Counted from the first letter of the stretch, positions 41,543 to 51,572 are shown. The stretch: DNA of 64,000 bases from Phormidesmis sp. (GCA_965248535.1 CBDFJR010000002.1:2176001-2240000); one strand, 5' to 3'. Numbers and translations are program-made. The notes: generated by a model not told the origin, from the sequence alone.

Positions 41543-42811
41543 ATGATGTCAGCGGTTGACTATCTTCAAGCCTTGCAAGACTGCTGCCGAGACGACGAGG
41601 CGTTTGCACGACTCAGAGAACTGCTCATTCATCTGCCCTCCAGTGACGAGAGCCTGCGAGACTCAGAGCAAAAGTTTGCTATCGCATTTCGCTGTAGCCC
41701 CAGCGCGATCGCCCTCACGACCCTACCCGAAGGACGACTGTTTGAAGTCAACGATCGCTTCTGCGAGATCGTCGGCTACTCAAGAGAAGAGGTGATCGGG
41801 TACACGGTTTCAGAACTTGGCATTTGGGCAAATCTCGACGATCGGGTCAAAATCATTCAACTGCTGCAAAAGCAAGGATTTGTTCGCAACTCAGAGCTAG
41901 ATTTTTTAAGGAAATCAGGAGAAAAAATCGTTGCGCTCTTTTCGGCTGAGGTGATTTATATTCAGGATCAGCCCTGCGTCTTGAGTGTGACCCATGACAT
42001 TACTGAAATTGCCCAACTCTATCAGCAGATTCAGCGGCTCAACGCCGGGCTAGAGCGCCAAGTTGCCCAACGCACTGCCGAACTGCAACAAAAAATGCAT
42101 GAACTTCAAGAACTCAGTCAGCTTAAAGAAGATTTTTTGCACGCTGTCTCCCATGATTTAAGAACTCCGATGATGGGGCTGGCGATCGTGACTCAAAATC
42201 TGCTCAAACATGGCTCAAATAAATCAGAGATCATCCCAGTTGCTCGCTCAATATTACACCGCATCTCCCACAGTTGCGATCGTCAGCTTGATCTGATTCA
42301 CTCACTTTTAGAAGCCCATTCTAGCGATCGCAAAGGCATAGTTTTGCACTATGAATCTCTTCAACTAGATGCATTCCTGAAAACCGTCATTGAAGATTTA
42401 GAGCCTTTGATTTTAGAGAATCAGGCCACCTTAGCCTATCAGAGTGAGCCGACCCTACCCTTTGTCACGGTCGATCGCATCCAGCTTCAACGAGTGTTTG
42501 AAAACCTGATTACAAACGCCCTTCAGCACAATCCACCTGGGCTAGCTCTGACCTTGAGGGCAACCGTCAATGCTGACTTAGTGTACTGCGAGATTCAAGA
42601 CAACGGCATTGGCATGAAGCCCGAAGACTGTGAGCATTTGTTCGATCGCTATGCCCGCGGCCCACGAGCACGGCGATCGGCAGGCATCGGGCTAGGGCTT
42701 TATCTCTGTCGGCAGATTATCACCGCTCACGGCGGGCAGATTGGAGCCATCAGCCACTTGGGGAAAGGGGCAAGATTTTGGTTTACGCTGCCGATAGGAG
42801 GCGACGGATGA
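41543..42811 (+). CDS. PAS sensor histidine kinase
   Basis: PAS, VSHDLRTP, DNGIG, GIGLGL. Confidence 0.9.
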   Translation: MMSAVDYLQALQDCCRDDEAFARLRELLIHLPSSDESLRDSEQKFAIAFRCSPSAIALTTLPEGRLFEVNDRFCEIVGYSREEVIGYTVSELGIWANLDDRVKIIQLLQKQGFVRNSELDFLRKSGEKIVALFSAEVIYIQDQPCVLSVTHDITEIAQLYQQIQRLNAGLERQVAQRTAELQQKMHELQELSQLKEDFLHAVSHDLRTPMMGLAIVTQNLLKHGSNKSEIIPVARSILHRISHSCDRQLDLIHSLLEAHSSDRKGIVLHYESLQLDAFLKTVIEDLEPLILENQATLAYQSEPTLPFVTVDRIQLQRVFENLITNALQHNPPGLALTLRATVNADLVYCEIQDNGIGMKPEDCEHLFDRYARGPRARRSAGIGLGLYLCRQIITAHGGQIGAISHLGKGARFWFTLPIGGDG

Positions 42812-43494
42812 GGGATGATTGGCTCCCTGCTTATAAAGCAAAACAGGTGCGAGAAGCAGGGCGGCAATATTATGTCACCGATCGCGGCGATCGTGTTCCC
42901 AGTGTGACGGCGATTCTCAACGCGACTAAACCGCCAGAGCAGCGCAAAGCCCTATTCGACTGGCAGCAGCGTATCGGAGTTGAGGAAGCCTCGCAAATCA
43001 CGCGGGCAGCCAGTCGGCGCGGCACCGGAACCCATCGCCATGTGCAGCGATTTCTTCAAGGTGAGACGACTCCGTGCCCCGAAGCGGTGCGCCCCTATTG
43101 GGAAAGTCTGGAACCGATCGTAAAAGCGATCGAGCACGTTCGGTTAGTCGAGGGTCAAATATTTCACGACGAACTGCGCTATGGAGGCGTAGTAGATTGT
43201 GTTGCCAGTTTTGAAGGCACGCCCTGCATCTGTGAGTGGAAGACGGCGGATAAGCCGAAACAAACGGTCGATCGCTTATATGATTATCCCTTGCAGTTGG
43301 CGGCCTATTGCGGGGCAGTCAACCAGCTTTATCAAGACTATGACTTAAATTTGCGCCATGCGCTGCTGGTGGTGGCGATTCCAGAAATGCCTGCCGAGGT
43401 GTTTTGGTTTGAGCCAGAGGCGATGACGGACTATTGGGAGCAGTGGGAGGAGCGCGTCGATCGCTTTTGGCGCAGGCAGGGATATTTTCGATGA
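42808..43494 (+). CDS. PD-(D/E)XK exonuclease-family protein
   Basis: PSVTAIL, RGT..H, VEG, YGG.VD, EWKT, LQL.AY. Confidence 0.8.
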   Translation: MRDDWLPAYKAKQVREAGRQYYVTDRGDRVPSVTAILNATKPPEQRKALFDWQQRIGVEEASQITRAASRRGTGTHRHVQRFLQGETTPCPEAVRPYWESLEPIVKAIEHVRLVEGQIFHDELRYGGVVDCVASFEGTPCICEWKTADKPKQTVDRLYDYPLQLAAYCGAVNQLYQDYDLNLRHALLVVAIPEMPAEVFWFEPEAMTDYWEQWEERVDRFWRRQGYFR

Positions 43495-43535
43495 GGGGCG
43501 TGAATTATATGAGATCGGTTATTTGGGTAGGGGCA

Positions 43536-43730
43536 ATGCCCATTAGTTGATACAGTGCTGTTGCTCAGGTTCACGACCACCCGTGGAACGATACCCTGAT
43601 CGAGCGCTTGCCCACTGGTGGATTGCTCCTGGTCGATCTGGGCTGCCTCAATTTTGTCTGGTTCGAGGCGTTCACCCAGGCAAACAAGTCCTTTCTCACC
43701 CGTTGCAATCAACAGAGACTTCCCAATTGA
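43536..43730 (+). pseudogene. IS4-family transposase internal fragment
   Basis: Frame not in ORF track: PIS*YSAVAQVHDHPWNDTLIERLPTGGLLLVDLGCLNFVWFEAFTQANKSFLTR; resembles the HD...LP.G.LL..DLG....WF......FxTR DDE segment. Confidence 0.6.
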
Positions 43731-43736
43731 CGATCG

Positions 43737-44456
43737 CTATCGAATCAGCCCTGTTCTCAAAGCGCGGACGGCAACCTGAGTCCGATCGTCGGCTCCGAGT
43801 TTGTTGAGAATGTTGCGGACGTGAGTTTTGACAGTGCCGACTGTGATGTAGAGCTTGGCCGCAATCTCAGCGTTGCTGCATCCATCGACGATTAACGCCA
43901 AGACTTCTAACTCTCTAACCGTGAGAGGGTAAGCCGGAATAAAATCACCATCTTTTTCAGATAACCCATTAATCGTGATGGTGTTAGGTGCAGCATTCAC
44001 GCCTGCGTTGGCGTAAGCTTTTTGAGACTGTTGCAGCACGATGCGCGCGATCGCCGGATCAATCCAGACGTTGCCTTCAGCAGTGGTTCTGAGCGCTTCA
44101 GTCAATTGGTCGATCGTGGCATTTTTCATGCAATAAGAGTCGGCACCCGCCGCAAAAGCCGCCAAAACCGTGTCTTCATTATCCTGCATGGTCATGATCA
44201 GAATCTTGGTGGCGATCGCTTCTCCGGCCTGCTGAAACCGTTTGAACTGCTGAGTGAGTTCGATCCCGGTCATGTCAGGCAGACCCACATCGACGATCGC
44301 GACATCTGACGGCACTGACCTTAACAGCATCAGCCCTGTTTTGGCATCTCTGGCTTCGCCGACGACCTCAATGTCTTCTCGCTGCTGAAGCGCCGATCTT
44401 AGTCCAATGCGGGTTAGATCATGATCTTCGATAATTACGACACGTAACTGGTGCAT
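43737..44456 (-). CDS. NarL/LuxR-family response regulator
   Basis: REC + LT.RELEVL.LIV.GCSN.EIA HTH. Confidence 0.92.
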   Translation of the reverse strand: MHQLRVVIIEDHDLTRIGLRSALQQREDIEVVGEARDAKTGLMLLRSVPSDVAIVDVGLPDMTGIELTQQFKRFQQAGEAIATKILIMTMQDNEDTVLAAFAAGADSYCMKNATIDQLTEALRTTAEGNVWIDPAIARIVLQQSQKAYANAGVNAAPNTITINGLSEKDGDFIPAYPLTVRELEVLALIVDGCSNAEIAAKLYITVGTVKTHVRNILNKLGADDRTQVAVRALRTGLIR

Positions 44457-44708
44457 TACTCAGCCTCTAGCAAATTTAGACAAAAGTTAAAATATCCTCA
44501 GCAGCAAGTCACTCTTTTGAAGGGTGATCTCTACTTGAGAAAATCTTATGGGCAACACACCCATTGCTCTGTCTACCTTTAGAAGCTTCTTTCCTCTCTC
44601 GCTAGACAGAGATGTTTATCGCTGCGACTCCCACGTCATATTATTCAGCCTTCAAATAGTTTTTTGATTGCTCTATCTAAAAGACTGTGGACTAGCTAGA
44701 ATTGCCAC

Positions 44709-44740
44709 TAGATAAGCTCCCAAAGATGGAAGCTTATCTA
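44709..44740. other. Near-perfect 32 bp palindrome (terminator or operator)
   Basis: TAGATAAGCTCCCA-AAGA-TGGAAGCTTATCTA. Confidence 0.5.
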
Positions 44741-44769
44741 ATGTTGCTCTCTCGCTACAACAGACAATT

Positions 44770-45307
44770 TACCGACCTCTACCCTCGATCGGCACAGCCA
44801 GCCCTTAGCTTTGGGTAGCCTGGCAATTTTCTTAGCACGATTGTCGAATTAGAGACAGCCAGAGCTCTCCAAGTTTATTGCAAGCCAACAGTCTGTAGAG
44901 TTCCATTGTTGGGAGGATTTTGGTCAAGACATCTCGATCTCAATGCCATACAAAACTGTTGTTCGGCTTAAGCGGCGGCTGTAAGAGTTTGCGATCGCAT
45001 AGTTAATGTTGCTGTCTGTGATCACTGCGCCAGTTCAAAATGAAGTTTTGGTCGTTACTGCCCACAACTCGGGGCAACCACTGGGTTAGGCGTTATGCCT
45101 GATTCGGTTTTGACCTGGTAGCGATCGTGCTCCATTCCGTTAGCGGGTTTGTAGTCAACCGTTTGCCCTCCAGAATTTTGACCTCTGACCGTGCCCAACT
45201 GAGTCATTTTGATCGTCATAGCGGTCTCCGCCTCGACCCTCTAGCCCTGCAAGAGAGTATGACAACTGGCAAATTCATTAATTCTAGTTTTCATCGGTGT
45301 CCACTAA
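44770..45307 (-). repeat. Degenerate, insertion-expanded tandem copy of the M23 gene 3' end
   Basis: Collinear blocks shared with about 45370-45563, including an exact 18-mer TGACCGTGCCCAACTGAG and a 12-mer ACCGTTTGCCCT. Confidence 0.8.
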
Positions 45308-45343
45308 GATCGTAGTACGGAGAGGATGCGCGGACAGATTCAC

Positions 45344-46252
45344 TTAGCGTCTAATAGGTTTGGGATCTTCTGCTACCCAACCAAGTTTAGAGTTCGATCG
45401 CACTTCAAAATGCAAGTGGGGGGCACTAGAGCTAGGCGTTCCGGTTTTGCCTACGGTGGCGATCGTGGCTCCGCGTTTCACCGTTTGCCCTGTTTTGACC
45501 TTGACCGTGCCCAACTGAGCATAGCGAGTTTGATAGCCCTGCTGATGGTTGATCACCACTAAATTTCCATAGGCTCCTTGCTGCCCTGCAAAGGCGATCG
45601 TGCCATCTGCGATCGCTAAAACAGGTGCGCCCAGGGCTGCCGCGAGATCCAATCCGGTATGAAACACGGGCTGATCGCGTCCGGTCGGGAGATACCACCC
45701 ATAGCCGAGAACCACGCTGGCGTTAGCCGAGAGCGGATAGCCCGATAACTCGCCAGAATTAGCTTGGGGAGCAGATTGTTCTTCTAAAGGCGACCAATTG
45801 ACCCCCGGCACAAACACCACTCTGGGCGCAGGTTGACAGCCGTTGATCTCAAACAACACATCGGGCCGCACTCTATAGTGAGCCGCCACACTTCGCAAAC
45901 TCTCACCGACTGCAACTTCGGCTCGAATGCCATTGTAGGGAGGGATGAGAATGTCTGCTCCGATCGGAGCGTTCCCTGTTCTCAACACTGGGTTCATGCC
46001 CATCAGCGTTGCAGGAATTAGATTATATTTTCGAGCAATCCCTTCCAAAGTTTCGCCTGCCGCGACTTTGTGACGCACGAGGCGAGATAGAGCCGGAGCC
46101 TGACAGACTGAGTTGGGTGGGGCCGCGTTTGTGGAGGTTGCCATGATTCCGAGCAGCAAGCAGGCTAGCCAGGTAGGGGACGCGATCGCGCCCGTTAAAA
46201 AATTAAATCGACCCATTAACTCTCTATTCACAATAAAATTTTCTGTATTCAC
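45344..46252 (-). CDS. LysM + M23 family metallopeptidase
   Basis: HKVAAGETL..IA LysM, FHTGLDL, YGNLVVI.H, PHLHFEVR. Confidence 0.9.
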   Translation of the reverse strand: MNTENFIVNRELMGRFNFLTGAIASPTWLACLLLGIMATSTNAAPPNSVCQAPALSRLVRHKVAAGETLEGIARKYNLIPATLMGMNPVLRTGNAPIGADILIPPYNGIRAEVAVGESLRSVAAHYRVRPDVLFEINGCQPAPRVVFVPGVNWSPLEEQSAPQANSGELSGYPLSANASVVLGYGWYLPTGRDQPVFHTGLDLAAALGAPVLAIADGTIAFAGQQGAYGNLVVINHQQGYQTRYAQLGTVKVKTGQTVKRGATIATVGKTGTPSSSAPHLHFEVRSNSKLGWVAEDPKPIRR

Positions 46253-46836
46253 AGTTTAGCGGCCAGGATTTGAGCGGCAGTGAGCGCCAGCCCCGGAAAA
46301 ATGGGCGACTGAATGGGGCGATCGTCCTGATATTCTGTCAAATCGTAAAAGCCCTGATCGAGAACGCAAAGGGTCACTTTGCCTGCTAACGGGTCTACGA
46401 TCCAATATTCGAGGATGTCTAGCAGCCCATATTCAGCGCGCTTAGAGCGATAATCGTCGGTTTTGCTAGAAGGGCTAACGACCTCGACCACTAAAATAGG
46501 CGGCGGCTCATTGAAGTTGATCACCGCTTCTCGGTTTGCCATGGCTTCCCACTGGGCGATCGGCAAAACGGTGACATCGGGGATGCGGGAGGTCTCCCAA
46601 CTTCGGCCGCGGGGCGATCGAACGCCAACTAGTGATGATAAAGCAACCCAAGGCTGTCCTGATTGGCTGATGTTGTCTTCAAACTGACGAGTCAGGAAGC
46701 GAATAATAGCTCCATGTTTTCCGGTGCCTAGGCTCATAGGGACGAGTTCTCCATCGACGAGTTCATAGCGGGTGTCTGTGCCGTCGCTGTAGACGAGATA
46801 TTCTTCAAAGGTGAACTTTTGAGTCGTGGTGGTCAT
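46249..46836 (-). CDS. Uma2-family endonuclease
   Basis: TFEEYL, RYELVDG, RIPD, LVVEVVSP, EYWIVDP. Confidence 0.9.
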   Translation of the reverse strand: MTTTTQKFTFEEYLVYSDGTDTRYELVDGELVPMSLGTGKHGAIIRFLTRQFEDNISQSGQPWVALSSLVGVRSPRGRSWETSRIPDVTVLPIAQWEAMANREAVINFNEPPPILVVEVVSPSSKTDDYRSKRAEYGLLDILEYWIVDPLAGKVTLCVLDQGFYDLTEYQDDRPIQSPIFPGLALTAAQILAAKL

Positions 46837-46909
46837 AAAACGGACTCCTGGCTAAGGTTCATTCATCAAGAGCAAGAGATTTTTTGACCAATCCCTTCCT
46901 GCTTTTAGT

Positions 46910-48423
46910 TTAATGGGTTGGCATGAGGACTTTTTCTGAGGTCATGCCCGCTTTAAGCTGGTCGATTACCGCTAATCGAAGGTCTCGTTTTTCCGAGACG
47001 AGTTTCACGCCCGGTTGTTTCAACGTCAAGAAGTCTAATCCCGTCTCGCGACCCGACATGAGAAAATCATTGACCGCAACTCGATAGGTTTGGGTGTCTA
47101 CGATCGCTCTCCCATTAATGAGCCATGCTTGTTGGTTTTGGGTGACGTTGGCGGTTTGCAAAAATCCCCCCGTTCCTCGATTGGCTTGCCCCTGCGTTAA
47201 GACGCGCTTGATTAAACTCCCTGGCATCTCCACAGACAGCACTTTGCCGCCAAAGGGCAAAATCCGAATCACGTCATATTGAGTGATCGGCCCGGCTGGC
47301 AGCAAATCATCAATGCGAATTGCGCCACCGTTAAAGACGAGCAAGATCGGCGTTGCCTGCTTCTTTTAACATGGCTGTGGCGATCAGATCCGTCAGATTA
47401 GTAGAGCGATCGCGCACGCTTTCTTCTAATCCATCCAGCGTTTCGCGAGTGGTGGCGATGACTTGATCTGGCTCAAAGCCTTTGGCCCGAAAGCCTGCAA
47501 ACCCCCGATCGAGCCATTGTTTAACAATCTCGGCGGTGCGGCGATCGTCAGAGATCGCATCGGTAATGGGCTGAAGTCGAGAGACAATTTTGAGTTTTTG
47601 AGTTGTGGTCTCGTAGGTCAAATCGTGAATATAAACCGTCCGAGCGTTGGCATCTGCTTTAAAGATCGGCGTGAAATCTCGACCGCGCCATTGCTGAATA
47701 TTTTCGTGCTCGTGGCCGCCCAAAATTAAGTCTATTTCTGGAATGGTTTGCGCGAGGCGCTGATCCTGTTCGAGGGGCAGATGAGTCACTGCGATGATCA
47801 TGTCTACCCGACCTTTGAGGGCGCGCACTTGCTCAGAAGCGGCGGCGATCGGGTCGCTAAAGCTCACATAGTTGGGGTGATTGCTGTCTAACGTCAAGCC
47901 GATTAGCCCAACCCGCAAGACTTCACGCTTTCCGGTGGGGTTGGGGTCGCTGGCAACTGAGAAAACCACCGATCGCGGCACCCCTGCCAACGGTTTGCCT
48001 GACGCATCGGAAACATTGCTTGAAAACCAGGTGAACCGCGATTCTTTTAAGCGTTGATAAAATGATTGTTCGCTCAAATCAAATTCATGATTGCCAAACG
48101 TAGCGTAATTAAATCCGACTGCGTTCATCACTGCAATCATTTGTTCCCCGGCGATCGGCTTGCCGTTGACTTGCGCCGTCCCCAACGCAGAAGGGACTAA
48201 AAGAGTCACCTGCCAAAATGGTGTAAGTGCGAGGATTTTCTTTGAGCAATTGCTGACGCAGAGTGGCGACTCGCGCTAATCCACCCCGTGTGCCGCCCTC
48301 GATCGGCGTAATCTCGTAGACATCATTTAGCTGTAGGAGCCTGAGCGTGATCGGCACGGCCAAAACTGGCTGAGTTAGCCCGATCGCCACGAGCGGTAAA
48401 ATCCATGCCTGCCATTTTTTCAT
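46910..48423 (-). pseudogene. Secreted bifunctional metallophosphatase/5'-nucleotidase split by two +1 frameshifts
   Basis: NDVYE, AGD, GNHEFD, GGHEH, NGGAIR, PFG motifs spread over three ORFs; extra base near 48192 and near 47339. Confidence 0.85.
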
Positions 48424-48506
48424 CTATCTTTGTCCTTAAACCAGTTCTATATGGTAGTTTCAACTGAATGCAACCTACACCTTTTATCAAATAGTTCTCG
48501 TTTTTT

Positions 48507-49913
48507 ATGGATTCCAGGCTGCTCAAACAAGAAGCAAATCTGCTCTATAAATCCCTAATGCCGCTCTTAGAGATGAAGGCAGCGTTGGCCGACGTTATTT
48601 TGCTCGATTTAGCCAAACTGATTCAGCTATGCGGGCGCAGCAGCGGTCAAGTGAGGACAGCAGAACTGTTGGCTTATCTCGTGATTTATGCGTTGATAAA
48701 ACGCGATGCCGACAAGCTAGACGCAGCCATTAACCGATGGGAGCGATCGCCTGAAGATCGCCTCGCAGGTCAGAAATTAGCGCTGCAACTGATCTTAGAT
48801 CTCACCCAAAATCAGCCTTCTGACTCATTTCAGTTGCCATCGATCTTAAATCGACTAGATGAAGAAAAGGGAACTCACTATCTCGGTGATGCCACCAACG
48901 CGATCTATAAATTTGCTCAAGCGATCGTCAAAGCTGATGGCACGGTCAGTTTGCAAGATTTAGAAGCACTCTCGTTAATTTGGCAAGAACTCCATTCTTA
49001 TCGCCCGTTAGACGCGGCTCAAGAAGGTCTGCCTGTGACTCCGATCGCTGAGACTTCGGCTGATCTCGATCGCGTCTTAGAAGAAGCCCTCGCCGAACTC
49101 AATGACCTGACAGGCATGAGCAACATCAAAGAAGAAGTGAAAACGCTAGCCAATTTTCTCAAGGTGCAAAAGATCCGATCGCAGCGGGGTTTAGCTAAAA
49201 CAACGGTTTCTCTTCACGCGGTTTTTTGTGGCCCGCCCGGAACGGGAAAAACTACCGTGGCGCGATTGATGGGGCGCATTTATAAAGGACTGGGGTTTTT
49301 GTCTCAAGGGCACTTGGTCGAAACCGATCGCTCTGGCATGGTGGCGGGATACGTCGGTCAAACTGCAAAACAGGTGGATGATCTGATTAAATCAGCGCTG
49401 AATGGCGTGCTGTTTATTGATGAAGCCTATGCGCTGGTGCCCGGAGAATCGGGGCGCGATTTTGGGCAAGAAGCGATCGATGTGTTGCTCAAACGCATGG
49501 AAGATCACCGCGATCGCTTGGTCGTAATTGTGGCAGGTTACACCGATGAAATGACGACCTTTATTGAGTCCAATCCAGGGTTAGAATCGCGCTTTAATCG
49601 CTATTTTTATTTCAATCATTACAAGCCCGAAGAGTTGCTCTCTATTTTTGAAAAAATGGCAGGCAAAAGTCATTTCAATCTGGCTCCGGGCAGTAGTGAA
49701 AAGCTGCAAAACCTGTTCACCGATCTGTATGAACATCGCGATAAAACTTTTGGCAACGCGAGACTGGTTCGCAATTTGTTTGAGAAAAGTCTGGAACGAC
49801 AAGCCAATCGTTTAGCCGTTCTTTCGTCTCTGAGCGATGAGTTGCTGACGACACTGTTGCCCGAAGATATCCCCGATCGGGTGGCTGGCGTTCAAACCGA
49901 ACGAGAGTCTTGA
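48507..49913 (+). CDS. AAA+ ATPase, CbbX/SpoVK-like, with N-terminal TerB-like helical domain
   Basis: GPPGTGKTTVAR, LFIDEAY, SNPGLESRF, GNARLVRN. Confidence 0.85.
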   Translation: MDSRLLKQEANLLYKSLMPLLEMKAALADVILLDLAKLIQLCGRSSGQVRTAELLAYLVIYALIKRDADKLDAAINRWERSPEDRLAGQKLALQLILDLTQNQPSDSFQLPSILNRLDEEKGTHYLGDATNAIYKFAQAIVKADGTVSLQDLEALSLIWQELHSYRPLDAAQEGLPVTPIAETSADLDRVLEEALAELNDLTGMSNIKEEVKTLANFLKVQKIRSQRGLAKTTVSLHAVFCGPPGTGKTTVARLMGRIYKGLGFLSQGHLVETDRSGMVAGYVGQTAKQVDDLIKSALNGVLFIDEAYALVPGESGRDFGQEAIDVLLKRMEDHRDRLVVIVAGYTDEMTTFIESNPGLESRFNRYFYFNHYKPEELLSIFEKMAGKSHFNLAPGSSEKLQNLFTDLYEHRDKTFGNARLVRNLFEKSLERQANRLAVLSSLSDELLTTLLPEDIPDRVAGVQTERES

Positions 49914-50016
49914 GTCACCAAACAACTGTCTGCGAAATTTCGTGCTGTGGCTCTAAGTTTAGTAGTTTCTCTTGTTAACTCAATCGCGTTAAAACTGGGT
50001 GGAGATTAAAGGTGAC

Positions 50017-50607
50017 ATGGCACTAGAAGATTGGTATCAATTAGCTAGCTCTATTGAAATTATTGATGAACCTTCGGGAATAGAATTACTGACCTTAGAA
50101 GAAGCTCTAGCTTTTGAAAAGAAGCATGGTTTTCTGCTACCGCAAGACTACAAGGAGTTTTGTCAGGTTTTTGGAACCGGAAGAGCAGCAAAATGTGTCA
50201 ATTTATATTGTGCAACAGACACCTTGATTCTTCAGCAGGAACTACTCTATTTGACGATAAAAAATATATCTGATTTTCCATCAAGTAGCGTTCAGGAAGA
50301 TTTTCTAAAAGTAGACCTTATACAAAATTCTTTTTATTTTGGAGATGATTCGGGAAGTTGTATGTTTATGTGGGATTTGAGAACCTATAGCAACCTAGAT
50401 AGTAGCTATGACAGCTATTTGGGAGTTTGGGATTCACCTTCGGATAGCTTTGCGGAAGACTATAAATATTTAGGACGGTCTTTTTTCGACCTTGTAAACG
50501 AATTCACATTTGCGGGTAGGATATTTGAGCTAGATCAAGGTGACTCAAAAGAGCCATCTTCTCCCGATCGTATTTTTGAGAGATATATTAATCGCTCAAT
50601 CGTTTAA
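50017..50607 (+). CDS. SMI1/KNR4-family immunity-type protein
   Basis: FEKKHGFLLPQDYKEF...FG.G, FGDD; visibly AT-richer than neighbours. Confidence 0.75.
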   Translation: MALEDWYQLASSIEIIDEPSGIELLTLEEALAFEKKHGFLLPQDYKEFCQVFGTGRAAKCVNLYCATDTLILQQELLYLTIKNISDFPSSSVQEDFLKVDLIQNSFYFGDDSGSCMFMWDLRTYSNLDSSYDSYLGVWDSPSDSFAEDYKYLGRSFFDLVNEFTFAGRIFELDQGDSKEPSSPDRIFERYINRSIV

Positions 50608-50650
50608 AGTAGGCTCGCAATTAAGTGATTTAGAGAGCCACTTATCTCAA

Positions 50651-51181
50651 TTATTTCTTCTGCTTATATTCGCTGCCGTCTGGCATTCTAGCGCCGCCAA
50701 GTTTTGCCCCTTCTAGGGTTGCGCCTGCCATTTTTGCCTTGACAAGGTTGGCCTTTTGAAGATTGGCTTGATTGAGATTTGCGCCTCTGAGATCGGCCCC
50801 TTCTAAAATCGCTTCTTGCAAGTTTGCGCCCGACAGATCGGCATTTCTTAAATCGCTGCCAAACAGGTTAGCTTTTGTTAAATTTGCGCCCTGCAAGTTG
50901 GCACCTTTTAACTGAACCAGCGCTAAATTTGCCCGATCGCCCTTCACATTGCTCAAGTTGGCTGAGTTGAGTTTAGCCCCTTGTAGTGCTGCTGCACTCA
51001 AATTAGCACCTGTTAAATTAACACCATCCAACACATAGTTATAGAGGCTCGCCTTTGACAAATCGCAGTTTTCGCAGTCGCCAGAGTTGAGCAATTTTTG
51101 CACCTGAGTCGGATTGGCAGCCCGCACCGCTGCCCCTAACGTTAAGCTCAGAGAGACCGCGATCGCCAGAGAATGTTTCAT
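50651..51181 (-). CDS. Pentapeptide repeat protein (secreted)
   Basis: Signal peptide, C..CDL, A(N/D)Lxx repeats. Confidence 0.9.
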   Translation of the reverse strand: MKHSLAIAVSLSLTLGAAVRAANPTQVQKLLNSGDCENCDLSKASLYNYVLDGVNLTGANLSAAALQGAKLNSANLSNVKGDRANLALVQLKGANLQGANLTKANLFGSDLRNADLSGANLQEAILEGADLRGANLNQANLQKANLVKAKMAGATLEGAKLGGARMPDGSEYKQKK

Positions 51182-51239
51182 AAATAGCGCCAAATTTGTG
51201 ACAACTCGTTTAAGTTAAGCATATCGAAGGAGAACCCCT

Positions 51240-51572
51240 ATGGATAACTACTACAAACCCGAACACTTGCCCCATTTTGGTCACATTGCCGAGGGCAGCC
51301 CTGAGTTAGCAGAGAAGTTTTTTGCTTACTATGGAGCCGTGTTTGCAGAAGGGGCATTGTCAAAGCGAGAAAAAGCGTTGATTGCGCTGGCGGTGGCTCA
51401 TACGGTTCAGTGTCCTTATTGCATTGAGGCTTATTCTAAGGAGTCGTTGCAGCAAGGCTCAGACCTAGAGCAAATGACCGAAGCTGTCCACGTTGCGACG
51501 GCTATCCGGGGCGGGTCGTCGCTGATTCATGGCTTGCAAATGTTAGATCACGTCCACAAACTGACGATGTGA
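51240..51572 (+). CDS. AhpD/CMD-like protein associated with the arsenosugar radical SAM enzyme
   Basis: GALS.REK.LIALAVAH..QCPYCI; typical neighbour of arsS. Confidence 0.85.
   Translation: MDNYYKPEHLPHFGHIAEGSPELAEKFFAYYGAVFAEGALSKREKALIALAVAHTVQCPYCIEAYSKESLQQGSDLEQMTEAVHVATAIRGGSSLIHGLQMLDHVHKLTM

Noticed and set aside
44770..45563. Diversity-generating retroelement TR/VR pair
   Set aside because: Differences are multi-base insertions rather than adenine-specific substitutions, and no reverse transcriptase is present in the window.
48507..50607. Type VII secretion or defence system (AAA ATPase + SMI1)
   Set aside because: No WXG100, FtsK-like or toxin genes nearby; the SMI1 gene looks independently inserted.
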